DNA of 63,388 bases, counting the filler, from Saprolegnia diclina VS20 (Eukaryota), in the NCBI RefSeq assembly GCF_000281045.1. It is 5 parts of 2 records of this genome, joined end to end, with 100 filler letters (N's around TTAATTAATTAA, not from the genome) between each part and the next. Parts side by side here need not be neighbours in the genome. Positions count along the whole stretch, not along the records: positions 19,502 to 33,453 come from NW_008246120.1; positions 33,554 to 59,365 come from NW_008246120.1; 3 more parts are not named here. One strand, 5' to 3'. Under the pieces are notes generated by a model. The model did no database searches and had not been told where the DNA came from. It worked only from the letters and a program-made list of their open reading frames with translations. Shown here piece after piece: positions 22,701-34,197 of this stretch. Position 1 is the first letter of the stretch. Each line of letters opens with the position of its first letter. The translations under genes were made by a program, and so were the position numbers.

Positions 22701-25040
22701 CGTAGGATGGTCGCCCGATCGTCGAGAGACTGCGCGCGATTCTACGGGGGACACTCAATGACGAGCATACCCCGATTCTGCAGCTTCTCGAGAAGGAAGA
22801 GCGAGCACGAGACAATTCGCAAGAGTTTCGGGACAAGCGCGCTTTGGCGATGATTACGAAAACAACCGACGACGTCTTTGCAGATGACAACTTTTCGCAA
22901 GCCATTCGCTGCAACACGACGCTGGGTCCGACCTTTCTCGATGATTGCGTGAGTCTCAGTCGCCACGAAGCCACGTTTTCAAACGTATATTATACCATTT
23001 GTTGACGTTTTGGCTCATGCCCCGCTACTTGTGTAGCTTCTCCTTGTCTACGGCAAGAGTGTGCAAGAGAGCCCGCTCCGCGCGGTCCTTCAGTTAAATC
23101 TGTCGGACCCGGACGCAACCTTTGCGACGCAGCAAGCGTGTCTCGAGCATCCAGCTTTTCATCGCGTCCTCGAGATCAAGTGGATCCTCTTTGGCCGGCG
23201 GCTCTACCTCCAGCAGCTGCTCATGAACCTACTCTTGCTGGTGGCCATGACTACATCGTCCATTCTTCCCAACGACGAGTTGCCACCGCCGATCGTCTAC
23301 AACATGGGTATTTCAACCCTGATATTTGTGGCCGTCGGATTGCTGGTCGTTCAATGCCTTCGCCCTCAGGTCCTTGCGGCGTATGCTCGGCTCAGCGACA
23401 ACAAGTCTCTCTTTGATGGAGGTCTCGTCCTACTCGCTGTCGTCGGGACCGTCTTGCTGGTCGTACCCGTGCTTTACGCCAGCCAAGAACTGCGCATCGT
23501 CGACTGGTTCACACCCTGCAACAACCTCGTCTTGGCTCTCTCGACGCTCTACTTTCTCCATATTGAGCTTCAGGAAATGCGCGTAAGCATGGACGCCTAC
23601 CTCTCGTCGACGATGAACCGCGTGCAACTGATGAACTACACCGTCATCTTGTGTGTCTTTGTTCCGATTCAAGTCGGCTGGATCAGTGTCAGTGACGACG
23701 TCCAGGTCGGACTCGGCGCCGTCCTCACACTCGGTCTCTGGGTACTGTCGCTTCAGTTTCTAGAGGTGATCTCGTCGGCCAGCTACCTCTTGCCCATGAT
23801 GTCGGACCTCTTGAGCGACATTTGGAACTTCTTCATTCTCTTTGGCGTCTTCCAACTCGGCTTGACGCTGACCTTCTACCAGCTCTTTCGAGGCCACGGC
23901 GACGACGCCTTTGGTAGTCTTGGCCAGTCGTTCATGACGACCTACTTTGTGGCATTTGGTCAAGTGCCTCTGGACTCGCTCAGCGTCTTTTCTGCCTCTG
24001 ACAACTCGAGTTCGAGTCAAGCGGCCATGTACACGGGTGTCGCTCTTCTCATGATGCTGCACTCGGCGATCGTGGTCGTCGTCTTACTCAACGTCTTGCT
24101 GGCGTTGATGAACCAGACAGTCACGGGGGGTCTCGAGAAGGCCAAAACTCGAGCGTTGATGAGCTATGCGCAGTGCATCTTGCGGCTCGAAGGCGCCATG
24201 CACCTCGACAACGCCGAGACGACGGCGCTCACGCACGTCAAGGACGCATCTGGGAAGCTTGTGCTGCATCCGATCTTCTCCGAGACTGTCCCCCGGGTCA
24301 ACCTCGTGCTGACACCAGACCAAGTCGAGACGTTGCAGCGCACGGGGGCAAGTCGCATGGCCTGGCTCGACCAGATGCGGCATCTGGACAAGGTCGTCAA
24401 GGACCAGATCGGGTTCGTGGTCGATGGCCTCGATCACGTCAGTCATTTTACGGATCTCAACGTCCACGAAATCTTTGCGCGCGAATTTGAGTTGCTGGCG
24501 ACTGCTCAACAGCAGCTGTTGGACGCGATCGAGATGGCACGACGCAGCCGCGGCTACTTCAAGAAGGAGATCCTCGCCAAGCTCGAGAAGCAAACGACAA
24601 AGAAACTTCGGGAGCTCTCGATGCAGCTGGTAGATGCGTGGACAAAGGACGGGTTTGAGCCCTCCGACGACCATGACAAGTGCGCGATGCTCTACCAGAT
24701 CAACCAGCGGACGACATTCGAGGCGGTGGTCAACAAGACAGTGAGCACGATCGCAGCGGCGGTGTCGGATGCCGCTACGAGGAGCTTACCGGCTGTCGAC
24801 ACGGAGAAGGAGGACCTCCGGCGTGATCTCTCGCAACTGCAGTCGTCGATGGAAGCAATGGCCAAGCAAATGGAAACCATGCTGGCGCAGCACGCAGCCA
24901 TGATGACGCAACAGGACACGATGCTGACTCACCAAGACGCAATGCAAGCACAACAACGGGAGCTGCTCTCGCTTCTGACCAACACCGAGTCCCGCAGCAC
25001 GTCCCCCACTGCGTCCATACAACGCGTCATGAGCATCTAG
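19753..25040 (+). CDS. Ankyrin-repeat TRP-like cation channel, multi-exon; 5' exons uncertain and possibly degraded
   Basis: Ankyrin exons (LHWAVANGHDDVI ~20155; TSALMLAAAHGNMTHLALLLRHGA ~22425; AAVHGHLDVVELLL ~22600). Final exon has HPAFHRVLEIKW, TM helices, pore-like FGSLGQSFMTTYFVAFG, S6 VLLNVLLALMNQT and a C-terminal coiled coil. Confidence 0.8.
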
Positions 25041-25149
25041 TATCCGAATATAATTTGTGTATAGCTCCTGGCAGTACCCACGTCCTATGCTGTTAAACAT
25101 ACAAGAGGCTACTTGTGGTCTATATCCTGGCAACAAGGTGCCGGCGCTA

Positions 25150-25350
25150 GCGACGGTAATGCCGCGTGGAGCAGGACGCGCTACGCCTCGAGCTGGTCGG
25201 ACGGCGCGAGGTAATGGCCAAAGACGCGGAGGCGGCGAATGGAATCGATGACGCAGCAGATGAAGTCGATGGCCAAGCAGCTCGAAGCGGTCCTCCTGCT
25301 CCTCAGCTGCCCCGAGCCGACGCAAATACAACCCTTGCCACCGACCACCA
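25150..25350 (+). pseudogene. Degenerate remnant resembling the C-terminal coiled coil of the adjacent channel
   Basis: EQDALRLEL...MESMTQQMKSMAKQLEAVLLLL (frameshifted) resembles EKEDLRRDL..MEAMAKQMETML..LLSLL. Confidence 0.4.
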
Positions 25351-25732
25351 TGCTGCGCCGCATCACTCGCCTCTAGTGTGCTATAGGACAAAGGTTGCTC
25401 CAATGTAGCGAGTCGTCCAGGAGTTGCGAGTGCGCTGGTGCAAGCACCAACTTGAATATTTGATACTTGAAACCTTCCATACAAAACGCCTCGCCACAGC
25501 AGCAGGCAACCGCCTATGCTGGGAGAAGTTATCAGATCTGGGTCGAGCGTGTCAGATCTTAGAGCCATCATGACTGGACTCGCAGCACAAGCACATGCAG
25601 GCTGGCGCCAGAATACGCGCTCGTGGTGAAATGGACAGCTGCAATGCACAGGGAGAATCAAATACTGCATTACACAACGATATAGTGTGAGATAAATAAG
25701 AACACGGTGGACGCTACGATAAGACGTCGTCG

Positions 25733-27451
25733 TCAGTGGTGCCCGTTGCCCATGAAGAAGTGCATGTTGCTCGTCCGATCGGGCGTGAAGCGCGTCTTGA
25801 GTACATACGGGACGACCTCGCTCATGGGCACGACGAGGTTGAGGTCGGCGATGTGACAGCTCGGCGCGTCTCGAAAGAAGAAATCCTTAAACAGATGCAT
25901 GTGTGTCTTGGACTTGGCAGGTTTCTTGCCATTCGCACGCAGGACGTCGTGCTCGACCATGTAGCGCTCTTTGGTCACGTTGGAGATGAGAATTTGGCCG
26001 CCAAGGCCTGCGTCGCCGACTTCGCGCGCCACGAGCTCGTTCAAGCCCGAGTACGTCATCTTGCCGGTCGTTGGGTGAATGCTGTGGATCATCTCGCCGT
26101 CGCCAAGGTGGACCGCCATGCGCACGCGGAGCCCGCGAAAGATGAGCCGCCCAAAGATATCGGTGACCGACTTCGCACTGCGGTATTCCTCGAGCTCCTT
26201 GGGCCACGGCAGCGCCATGAGCGCTCTCTGAACGCGAATGCACCACGAGACCGCGTCCGAGACGTTGTGAAACGCGAGCTCGAACGCGTCGCCGGCCGTC
26301 GTGATCTCGTAGCCATTGTAGCTTGCCACGTGCTGCCGAATGCAATCTACGACATTGCAGTTTGAGGATCCCGAGGATACAGTGTGAATGGCAGTACCAT
26401 CGTGGAGCGACTGGGCTTCGGTCATCGCATTCGGGTTCCGGGACCAGAGATACGTCGAGCTCTCAATGTCCGTGTTGACAAAGACGGGCTCAAAGACGGG
26501 CGGCTGCGTCGGGTCGTGCTCGTCGCCCGACTCGAGGTCGCTGTGCCGATTGCCCGAGTGCAAAAGCTGCTCGTGCATGTCGCGCGGCAGCACCGGGCGC
26601 AAGATGCGGATGCAGCAGAGGACGCTGCCGCCCATGCTGAACGCGTTGAAGAAGCCGCCCGTGTAGTAAATGCTGTTGGTCACGTAAAAGATCTCGGCGC
26701 CGGATGCGCCAAACGGCTCCTTCACGTCCCACTGCAGCGCCAAGTCGTAGCCGAGCGTCACGATGAGCGACGGGAGGATCGTGAGCGTATAGACCGTCAA
26801 TAGCACCTTGATGCGGTACGCAATGTGGTCGGCGGCCGGGTCGATAAAGCCATGGCGCTTGCGGTTGAGCCGGTAGATCTGCACGATCGTGTAGAGGAGG
26901 TAGAGCATGGCAACGGACGCGCCAGCCGTGATGAGGTATGTGCTAATGCGCAGCGCGCGCTCGACCGCGCTGTCGTCGCCCGACACGACGCAGCCAACGT
27001 AGACGGTGATGCACGCAAAGAACGGGCCGTAGACCGCTCGCTTGTAGTACGTGATTTGCTGGCGTTCGCGCAGCTCGGAGCGGCTAATGGCCTTGGTCAC
27101 GAGCCGGCGCATCTCGTACGCCGAGAGCACCATCCACGCAGACGTGAGCACCATGAAGAGGTCGCCGCCGATCGTGACAAAGCCTTCCAGCACGCGGTTC
27201 GAGTCCGTGTACGTGCGGTCACCGGCATTCGTCGATGGCACGCGGCCATAGCCGAGGCCAATCGCATAGAGCACGAGGCGAAAGCCGTTCCAGAAGCTGT
27301 CGCTAAAGAAGATCGAGTACGTGACGAACTGGACCGCCGAGTTGCGCGTGTAGCGGGCCTCGAAGGCCGCGAAGATGGTCGCCACGGACGTCAGCAGCGA
27401 GATGCTGAGGATCACGACGTACGTGACCATCTTGCTCTCGTCGTCCGTCAT
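25733..27451 (-). CDS. GPCR-like 7TM domain fused to a class III nucleotide cyclase (GPCR-AC)
   Basis: About seven hydrophobic helices followed by FVNTDIESSTYLW..GYEITTAGDAFELAF..FRGLRVRMAVHLG..GGQILIS. Probable in-frame 51-nt intron 26347-26397 (GT..AG). Confidence 0.9.
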   Translation of the reverse strand: MTDDESKMVTYVVILSISLLTSVATIFAAFEARYTRNSAVQFVTYSIFFSDSFWNGFRLVLYAIGLGYGRVPSTNAGDRTYTDSNRVLEGFVTIGGDLFMVLTSAWMVLSAYEMRRLVTKAISRSELRERQQITYYKRAVYGPFFACITVYVGCVVSGDDSAVERALRISTYLITAGASVAMLYLLYTIVQIYRLNRKRHGFIDPAADHIAYRIKVLLTVYTLTILPSLIVTLGYDLALQWDVKEPFGASGAEIFYVTNSIYYTGGFFNAFSMGGSVLCCIRILRPVLPRDMHEQLLHSGNRHSDLESGDEHDPTQPPVFEPVFVNTDIESSTYLWSRNPNAMTEAQSLHDGTAIHTVSSGSSNCNVVDCIRQHVASYNGYEITTAGDAFELAFHNVSDAVSWCIRVQRALMALPWPKELEEYRSAKSVTDIFGRLIFRGLRVRMAVHLGDGEMIHSIHPTTGKMTYSGLNELVAREVGDAGLGGQILISNVTKERYMVEHDVLRANGKKPAKSKTHMHLFKDFFFRDAPSCHIADLNLVVPMSEVVPYVLKTRFTPDRTSNMHFFMGNGHH

Positions 27452-28111
27452 GCCAGCCAGGTCCACGCCGGTGCGAAAATAAATAGAAATACAAGCCCGT
27501 ACCACCGAGCTTCGAAAATCGAAGCGACATGCAATTCAATTCGTTTCACGCATCTGCATACAAAATGCAAGTCATAATAAAGATAAGGTATTGTATGTTT
27601 TTAGTGGACCCCCTCTTCTTTTTTTAAAGAGGTCCCTCGTGTATCTATGCTCATGTTCCGGGAACGATCGCGATGTGGTTCTCAGTTCAGCGCACACTGG
27701 TTCCGACGCAAATGAGAGCTGCACCCAAGTACTATGGGGCTGTCGACAACGCATACGATATTATGTGTCCCTCGCACTTGGCCATCAGAGCCAAGGCGGC
27801 AGGTACATGTAGGTGGACAGTGCAATTTATTTTTTTGGCGGCAAGTGTGCAACCGGCCGCTGTCGCTGGCTCGAAGTGGACTCGATCGACGAGGCGTCGC
27901 ACACACACGGGCGCTGGCCAGTGCTTTCTTGGAAGCGCCAGCGCAACGCACTGTACTGATGTTTGGTTTACGATCTCCGTTGCCCAGACATGTGACACAC
28001 GCCCCATGTGTCGGAACCTTTTATTTACCCACCCCCTACTTGTCGATGGGGGGCCCGGGGCACCACCCTCACTTTCGGTGGCCGCAACAACGACACGACG
28101 AGCAGACCAGC

Positions 28112-28602
28112 ATGGCGAGCCCCGACGACGTCCGCGAGCTCGCGCGCTACTTGAGCGAGAACGTCGCCGTGTACGTGGGCATGGAGCTCCAAGGTAGACG
28201 TACATCATGGAGGCTGGTGGCGAATTAGGCGCGCGTGCTAGGCTCGATGGAGCGCATGCAGCTGCTCAACAACGTGCTCGAGAAGCTTTGTGACAAGTAC
28301 GATGGCATGAAGGCCGAGAGCGCCTCGATCGTCCAGTTTGCAGCGCAGATGAAGCAGAATGGTACGCGCCTCCTGCTCACATGTTGCTTCTTCACGTCGA
28401 TCGAGTAGAAAAGGCCCTTGCCGGCCACATGCAGAGCATCGACGACGTTGACGAGGAGCTCACGGAGCTCGAAGACATGGTCGACCAGTTGCAGCTCTAC
28501 GCCGAGCGTCTCCGTACGTATTGATGCTACTTGCATCGATCATGCTCATCGTGTCGTCCTGGACGATCGTCCGTAGACAGCAAGTTCGCTGCGATGGCTT
28601 AG
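28112..28602 (+). CDS. BLOC1S2: BLOC-1 complex subunit 2-like coiled-coil protein, 4 exons
   Basis: Spliced product MASPDDVRELARYLSENVAVYVGMELQ..QLLNNV..DKYDGMK..HMQSIDDVDEELTELEDMVDQLQLYAERL..SKF matches the recalled BLOC1S2 pattern. Confidence 0.7.
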
Positions 28603-29035
28603 CCTACACGTGCTTCGCCAACGACCCATGTAGTATGTCTGACAGTGCTGCGTTGCGTCTTGACATCTACTTCAAGCAGGCTCGCGTTGGCGGAGACCGG
28701 CATGGACGCATCGCATGCAGCGCCGAACGCCGAGCGGAGGACGTCCACATCGCAGACTTGTCAAGCTGGCTCGTCATCGATGCATCGCCACCAGCCGTGC
28801 TCGCGCAAACATGCTATTACAAGCGGTTCGAAGCAGTCGCCATACTATCGAGTCCTTGCAGCTGTGCAACATGGCGCCAGCATTGTCTGGCCACCGCCCA
28901 CACCCAAGTGCCATGGAATGGTTGGGTGCATTTAGCGTTGTGGCAGCTGACCTGTAAAAATGCATATTTCGGACCTCGGCGGTTGGGCCAATCAGTCGAC
29001 GCATAGAGTTTCGCGAGATCATCCGCAGGACGGGA

Positions 29036-30603
29036 ATGCTGCGGCCGCTTCAACGGTTCGCGGGCCGCGCCTACGCGGTACGCGTCGCCGCCTGCCGCCA
29101 ACCGTGTGCTCACCTCTGTCTAGTCGCACGCACATGTTGCCGCCCACGCCCACGTAGGCCAACTGTCTCATCGGCGCCATCGTTCACGCCAGCGTAGGCG
29201 CCGCCTTCAGCGTCTGCCGACGGCTGCCACGAGCGGCTGCTTGCCCTCCAGGCGCCTCTCACGCTGCCACCTCTGCCAACGTACGCAGACGCGCCGCTCG
29301 AACCAGCGTACGACGCCATACACCAGTTGCCGCATCCTGTACGCTCCATGCCTAGAACCGTCCACGCGACAGCGGTCGTGCACCCGGATGCCCGTCTCGG
29401 CGCCGGTGTCGAGATCGGTCCTTTCTGTGTCATTGGTCCCGGTACGTCTCTCGATCGAGATGCATGCGCCGCCCACCCGAACAATAGACGTCGAGCTGCA
29501 CGAGCATGTTGTCGTCAAGGCTCACGTCGTCATTGATGGTCGCACTCGCATTGGTGCTCACACCGTCATCCATTCGTTTGCATCCATTGGTGGCGCGCCG
29601 CAGGTACCTCACAGACGCGCTTCTCCGCTCAGATCTTATTGTTTTCGATATATCGCAAATAGGACAAGAAGCACGTGCGGGGTCTCTCGTCGCTGGAGAT
29701 TGGCCACTCGTGCATCATTCGGTAGGCGTCGCTTCGTCGCCATTGTCTCTGCAGGTAGCACTGGTAGCGAGCACGTGACCATCAACACAGGCACAAACGA
29801 TGGTACGACGCGGGTTGGCGACGGCTGCTGGGTCCTCGCCTCGTCGCATATTGGCCACGACAGCTATGTCGGCGACGGCGTCGTGCTCTCGAACGCCGTC
29901 TGCCTCGCCGGCCACGTTCGCATTGACGATTTTGCGATCGTCGGCGGCCAAGTCGGGATCAAGCAGTTTGTGCACATTGGCTCGTACGTGCTTTTTGCAT
30001 GGGAATACCGTGACGACGCGGCGTCATCCTTTGTAGACTCGCGATGATTGGTGGCCAGAGCGCTGTTGACGGCGACGTGCTACCGTTTGGGTAGGTTTAC
30101 TACGTGGTTAAAGTGGTTTTGACTTTCATTGTGTAGGCTGGCGTTCGGGAATCGGGCCAAGCTCACAGGGATCAACCTCGTGGGCCTCCGACGACGGAAT
30201 GTATGCGCTTGTTTCTTGTGTATCAAGATACTATCAAGATGCGATGATGGGACGTGTAGGTACCGCGGCTCGAAATCAAGCGGCTGCTGCAGACCTTCCG
30301 CTACATGTATGGTCTCTCGTGCCACAACGGGTTTGCACCGCCCTTGCCGTACGAAGCCACGACTTGCCTTGTTGACACACTGATACTTTGATACAGACTG
30401 CCGCCCCACGACTGCATCGTGGCCCGTGCTACTGCCGCGCGAGCGCATTTTGCGTCGACGACCGAGACCAATGTCGACATGCAGCGTCTCGAGGCCATGG
30501 TACACGCTGCGTTCTCCATCTTTGACATGACGTGGCAGCGTAGATGGCGTTTGTGTCGTCGTCGCCGGACCGCGTTCGGTCGGCACTGTGCATGCCAGCC
30601 TAA
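29036..30603 (+). CDS. lpxA: Acyl-ACP:UDP-GlcNAc O-acyltransferase (LpxA), intron-rich, probable mitochondrial presequence
   Basis: Hexapeptide repeats [60 protein letters not shown] and [17 protein letters not shown]. Arg-rich N-terminus [14 protein letters not shown]. Confidence 0.88.
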
Positions 30604-31254
30604 GCACGCGCCAAGACACGCCTTCTTCTTCCGACATGTTGCGCTCGTTGCAAAGCCGAGGAAGGCACATCGAGGATTGCAGCTGCATTCGGTGGGTGTC
30701 GACTGCGCTCCAATGCAGCACTTGAGTGCTTCCACTGCTTTGGCTTGAGGTTACCTTGAACCAGCGACCGATGGCCAGCGGCCGCCGTCCGCACCAGTGC
30801 GGATATCGATGGCGCGGATCACGACATTGCAAGAAGGAGGATGAGCGTGCGAGGGCCAGCGCAAGATGACGTATCTGGTGAGGTTGGCTTCCATGCTTTT
30901 CGTGGTGACGAGGGGCCATCATCGTCGAAGAGACGCTCGCCTGTGCTGGTGTGTGCGGCGGTGGTGAGAGAGAAGGGTTGTCGGGTCGGCGCGACGCAGC
31001 GAGCGTCACGGGTACATGCATTGCGCGATCATGAAGTGTCATGTGAGGCAGCACGACGCCGCAGAACGCCTTGGACTCTATGCGTCCTCGTGATGTAGGT
31101 GCGTGTGGCATGGCGCTCACGCTCATTCTTGCGGACATGCTCGTCAGTCGCTTCATTATTCGCGCGCCGTTGGGCAACGCAGATGCAGACATGACGGCCG
31201 AGACTCGGGCTCCGACTGGAGAACCCAGTGCGACTCGACAACGGTCTCTCACAG

Positions 31255-31445
31255 GTGTGATACCGCGACAATGAACTACGAGGCCGAGTACGACGGTCTG
31301 AGCACGGGGCACCAGTTAGCTCAGCGACTGGCCGTGACGCATCCCACGGGGAGCATGCTGCTGATGCAGCAGATGAAGGGTGTCTTCCTTGTCCACAAGG
31401 CTCGCTTGCGGATGCTGCAAATCCAGGTGCGGGAGCTTGTTGTAT
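31255..31445 (+). pseudogene. Degenerate RNase HI (archaeal-like aRNH type) fragment
   Basis: TMNYEAEYDGLSTGHQLAQRLAVTH..SMLLMQQMKGVFLVHKARL matches TNNxAEYxGL..GLxLA..LG...GDSxLVxxQxxGxFxV. The GDS aspartate is missing and no first acidic motif was found. Confidence 0.6.
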
Positions 31446-31803
31446 GTGGACATGAGAGTACTACCCTTGCGAGCTCAACCAAGCCAGGCATCACTTGTCC
31501 AAGCTCGCAACCGACGACTGTAAATCGTACNNNNNNNNNNNNNNNNNNNNNNNNNNNNNNNNNNNNNNNNNNNNNNNNNNNNNNNNNNNNNNNNNNNNNN
31601 NNNNNNNNNNNNNNNNNNNNNNNNNNNNNNNNNNNNNNNNNNNNNNNNNNNNNNNNNNNNNNNNNNNNNNNNNNNNNNNNNNNNNNNNNNNNNNNNNNNN
31701 NNNNNNNNNNNNNNNNNNNNNNNNNNNNNNNNNNNNNNNNNNNNNNNNNNNNNNNNNNNNNNNNNNNNNNAGTAGACTAGTATGTTTTCGACTAGAAATA
31801 GCT

Positions 31804-32920
31804 TTACTTTGCCTCAAGAGCCATGTGGATGGCGACCGTAAGCACCATAAAGGGCGCATTCGAGCCGACCCGGGGGAGAATCCCGCGGAGGAAGCCGCGC
31901 GCGCCTTCTCGTGCATGAATCTGGCGCGCAGCGTCCCAGAACCCTTTGTACTGAAGAGCGAGAGGCTGCTTCGCCATCGGCACCGTCGAGAGCGTTTGCG
32001 TCTGGAGCCGCGTGCGAATGACGTCGAGCGGGGTCGTGAGCGCACTCGCCTGCACCCGAAACAACACTATTAGTGCCAAAGCCGTCGGCAACGGTGGGAC
32101 GTACGGCGATGCTGGTGCAGGCCACGATCGCAAACACCTTGTCCTCTTCCTCCAGAAAGCTGGGCATGTAGTCGGCAACCGCCAGCGCCGTGGCCCCGCC
32201 GATCACGCTACATACGATGAGTTCTCACGGGTAGTCCCAAGTGCAAGCTCATGTAGTACGTGTAGGAGGACGTCAAGGCCAGCCCCGTCGGGAGGCTGCG
32301 AAAGAAGCCTCGGAGTCCTTCGTGCCGATACACCTATCATACAGCATGTGGGATGCACGACGCAGTGACAACTCATACCGAGCGCGCGCAGTCGACGGGG
32401 CCGGCGTAGTGTCCGAGCTGCAGGCGCTGCTTGACGACCTACAGATATCTTGAGTGACGTCAAAAGAAGAGCTGGACGTACCTCGGTCGGCGCCATCACC
32501 ACTTCGTTCGCGAGGCAGCCCAAGACCATGACAGCAGTCGTAAATTGCATGTTTTCCACGCTAGGAACGGCGCCGTTCTCGGGCGTCGCCGTTTGCTTTT
32601 GGAGGTGCTCGGACCCGACTGCGATCGCGGCGCTCGAGACCAGTCCTGTGAGGGCCGGGCTCAGCCCGCGCAAGAGGCCTGGCGTCGTAACCAAGCGCAG
32701 AAATGTCTTGGGCGCAGCGACACGGTGGCTCTGCTGGTGGGTCTAGTACGTGTGAGATGCGATGCGCATCGTGGAAGCTATGGACCTTGAGCATGTCGAG
32801 CGGGAAGAGGGCCGTCGCCAAGGTGCACGAGACAGCGGTTGCCGTGGCGAAGCGCGCCAGCTCGTCCTTGGTTTGCTGCGTCATTTGGACGAGAAGAGAG
32901 GTCGACGTTGAGTCCGTCAT
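31804..32920 (-). CDS. Mitochondrial carrier (SLC25 family), multi-exon
   Basis: Three carrier signatures (FPLDMLK, APTE|VVKQRLQ, TPLDVIRTRLQ) plus YKGFWDAARQIHAREGARGFLRG..PR. Confidence 0.88.
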
Positions 32921-33659
32921 TTTCGTTGCGCAATGATATGTGTCGGCGCCGCCATCTCGAAGTGAAGCGTGCACTTTCGCCATACTTCGACTAACCGAAG
33001 AACCGAAGCAAAATGGACCAATCTGAATCCGCTTCTCTGGCATGTCGCACCGATCGGCACACATTGCACTTTGACGCAGATCTTCCCGAGAGCATCCAAC
33101 ATTCTTCTTCAATCGACAATAACGTGGTCCTTCTTGTTGATGGAGCACGCAAATGTAGACAACTACACAGTGGAACTCAATATTACACATCAACTATCCA
33201 CGTACGACGAGACTGGGCGAGGACCCGTGGGGCACGGGCAAAATTCTCATTTTCGTCGATTGCGAGCTTCGATGGAGCTAGGTGCAAGCAATAACAAGCC
33301 ACCACCACCTACCTCTTCGGCGCGAGGTCATCTTTGAGTTGCTACTACTCCAAGGCGACGCAATCGTACAACCAACGGCGGTGCCACGGCGTTCACTCGA
33401 ACGCAGCTCAGATGGCACAATCTGCAGCTCATTGATCAAGGTGAGACCCTACCNNNNNNNNNNNNNNNNNNNNNNNNNNNNNNNNNNNNNNNNNNNNTTA
33501 ATTAATTAANNNNNNNNNNNNNNNNNNNNNNNNNNNNNNNNNNNNNNNNNNNNTTGGAGCTGCGTCAACGTACAGCCCTCAGCGCACGTTATTTGACTCG
33601 TGTTCCGTGGTGCTCACCCGTGCAGCCGTTAGAGAATGCGTCATTTTTCTTGCACAGTT

Positions 33660-33849
33660 GGCGTACCACCCGAACCCGAACGCCATCATGGACCTCGACT
33701 CGGGCCGCACCGAGCTGTAGACCATTGCGATGTTGTAATACCAGTGGTTTACTTTGTCTATCTTGAGAGACGTTCCGTGGCTATCGAGATATCATGCAAA
33801 CACAACCTCGATTCGATCCGAGTCGTTAAAACTGCACTCGGGTCTTCAT
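33660..33849 (+). repeat. Duplicated 3' tail and downstream region of ZPR1
   Basis: Near-identical to 42085-42270 ([18 protein letters not shown]). Confidence 0.9.
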
Positions 33850-34097
33850 CTACTCCATGGGTTCGTCCACATCGCCTTGGTCCTCATTCGCGGCCGCACG
33901 GAGCGCCGCGACCATACGGAGCGCCGCGGCCCACGACTCTGTCAAGCTCCCAGGCAAGGCCCCAGGCGGCACCACGCTCGGAGGAGCGGGATGAGCCACA
34001 TCACCTTGTGGTCCCATGGCCTTGTGCACTTTGAAGATGACCTTGTAGAGATCGATCTCGAGGCGCTCGGTCGTTGGCGGCGCGCCAGCGAGGAGGT
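33850..34097 (-). CDS. 3' end of nuclease-family copy (remainder in gap 34098-34197)
   Basis: LLAGAPPTTERLEIDLYKVIFKVHKAMG...DEPME* matches the other copies. The family upstream sequence follows the gap in the same orientation. Confidence 0.8.
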
Positions 34098-34197
34098 NNN
34101 NNNNNNNNNNNNNNNNNNNNNNNNNNNNNNNNNNNNNNNNNNNNNNNNNNNNNNNNNNNNNNNNNNNNNNNNNNNNNNNNNNNNNNNNNNNNNNNNN

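Noticed and set aside
29036..30603. Bacterial contamination as the source of lpxA
   Set aside because: Multiple GT..AG introns and eukaryotic neighbours on the same contig.
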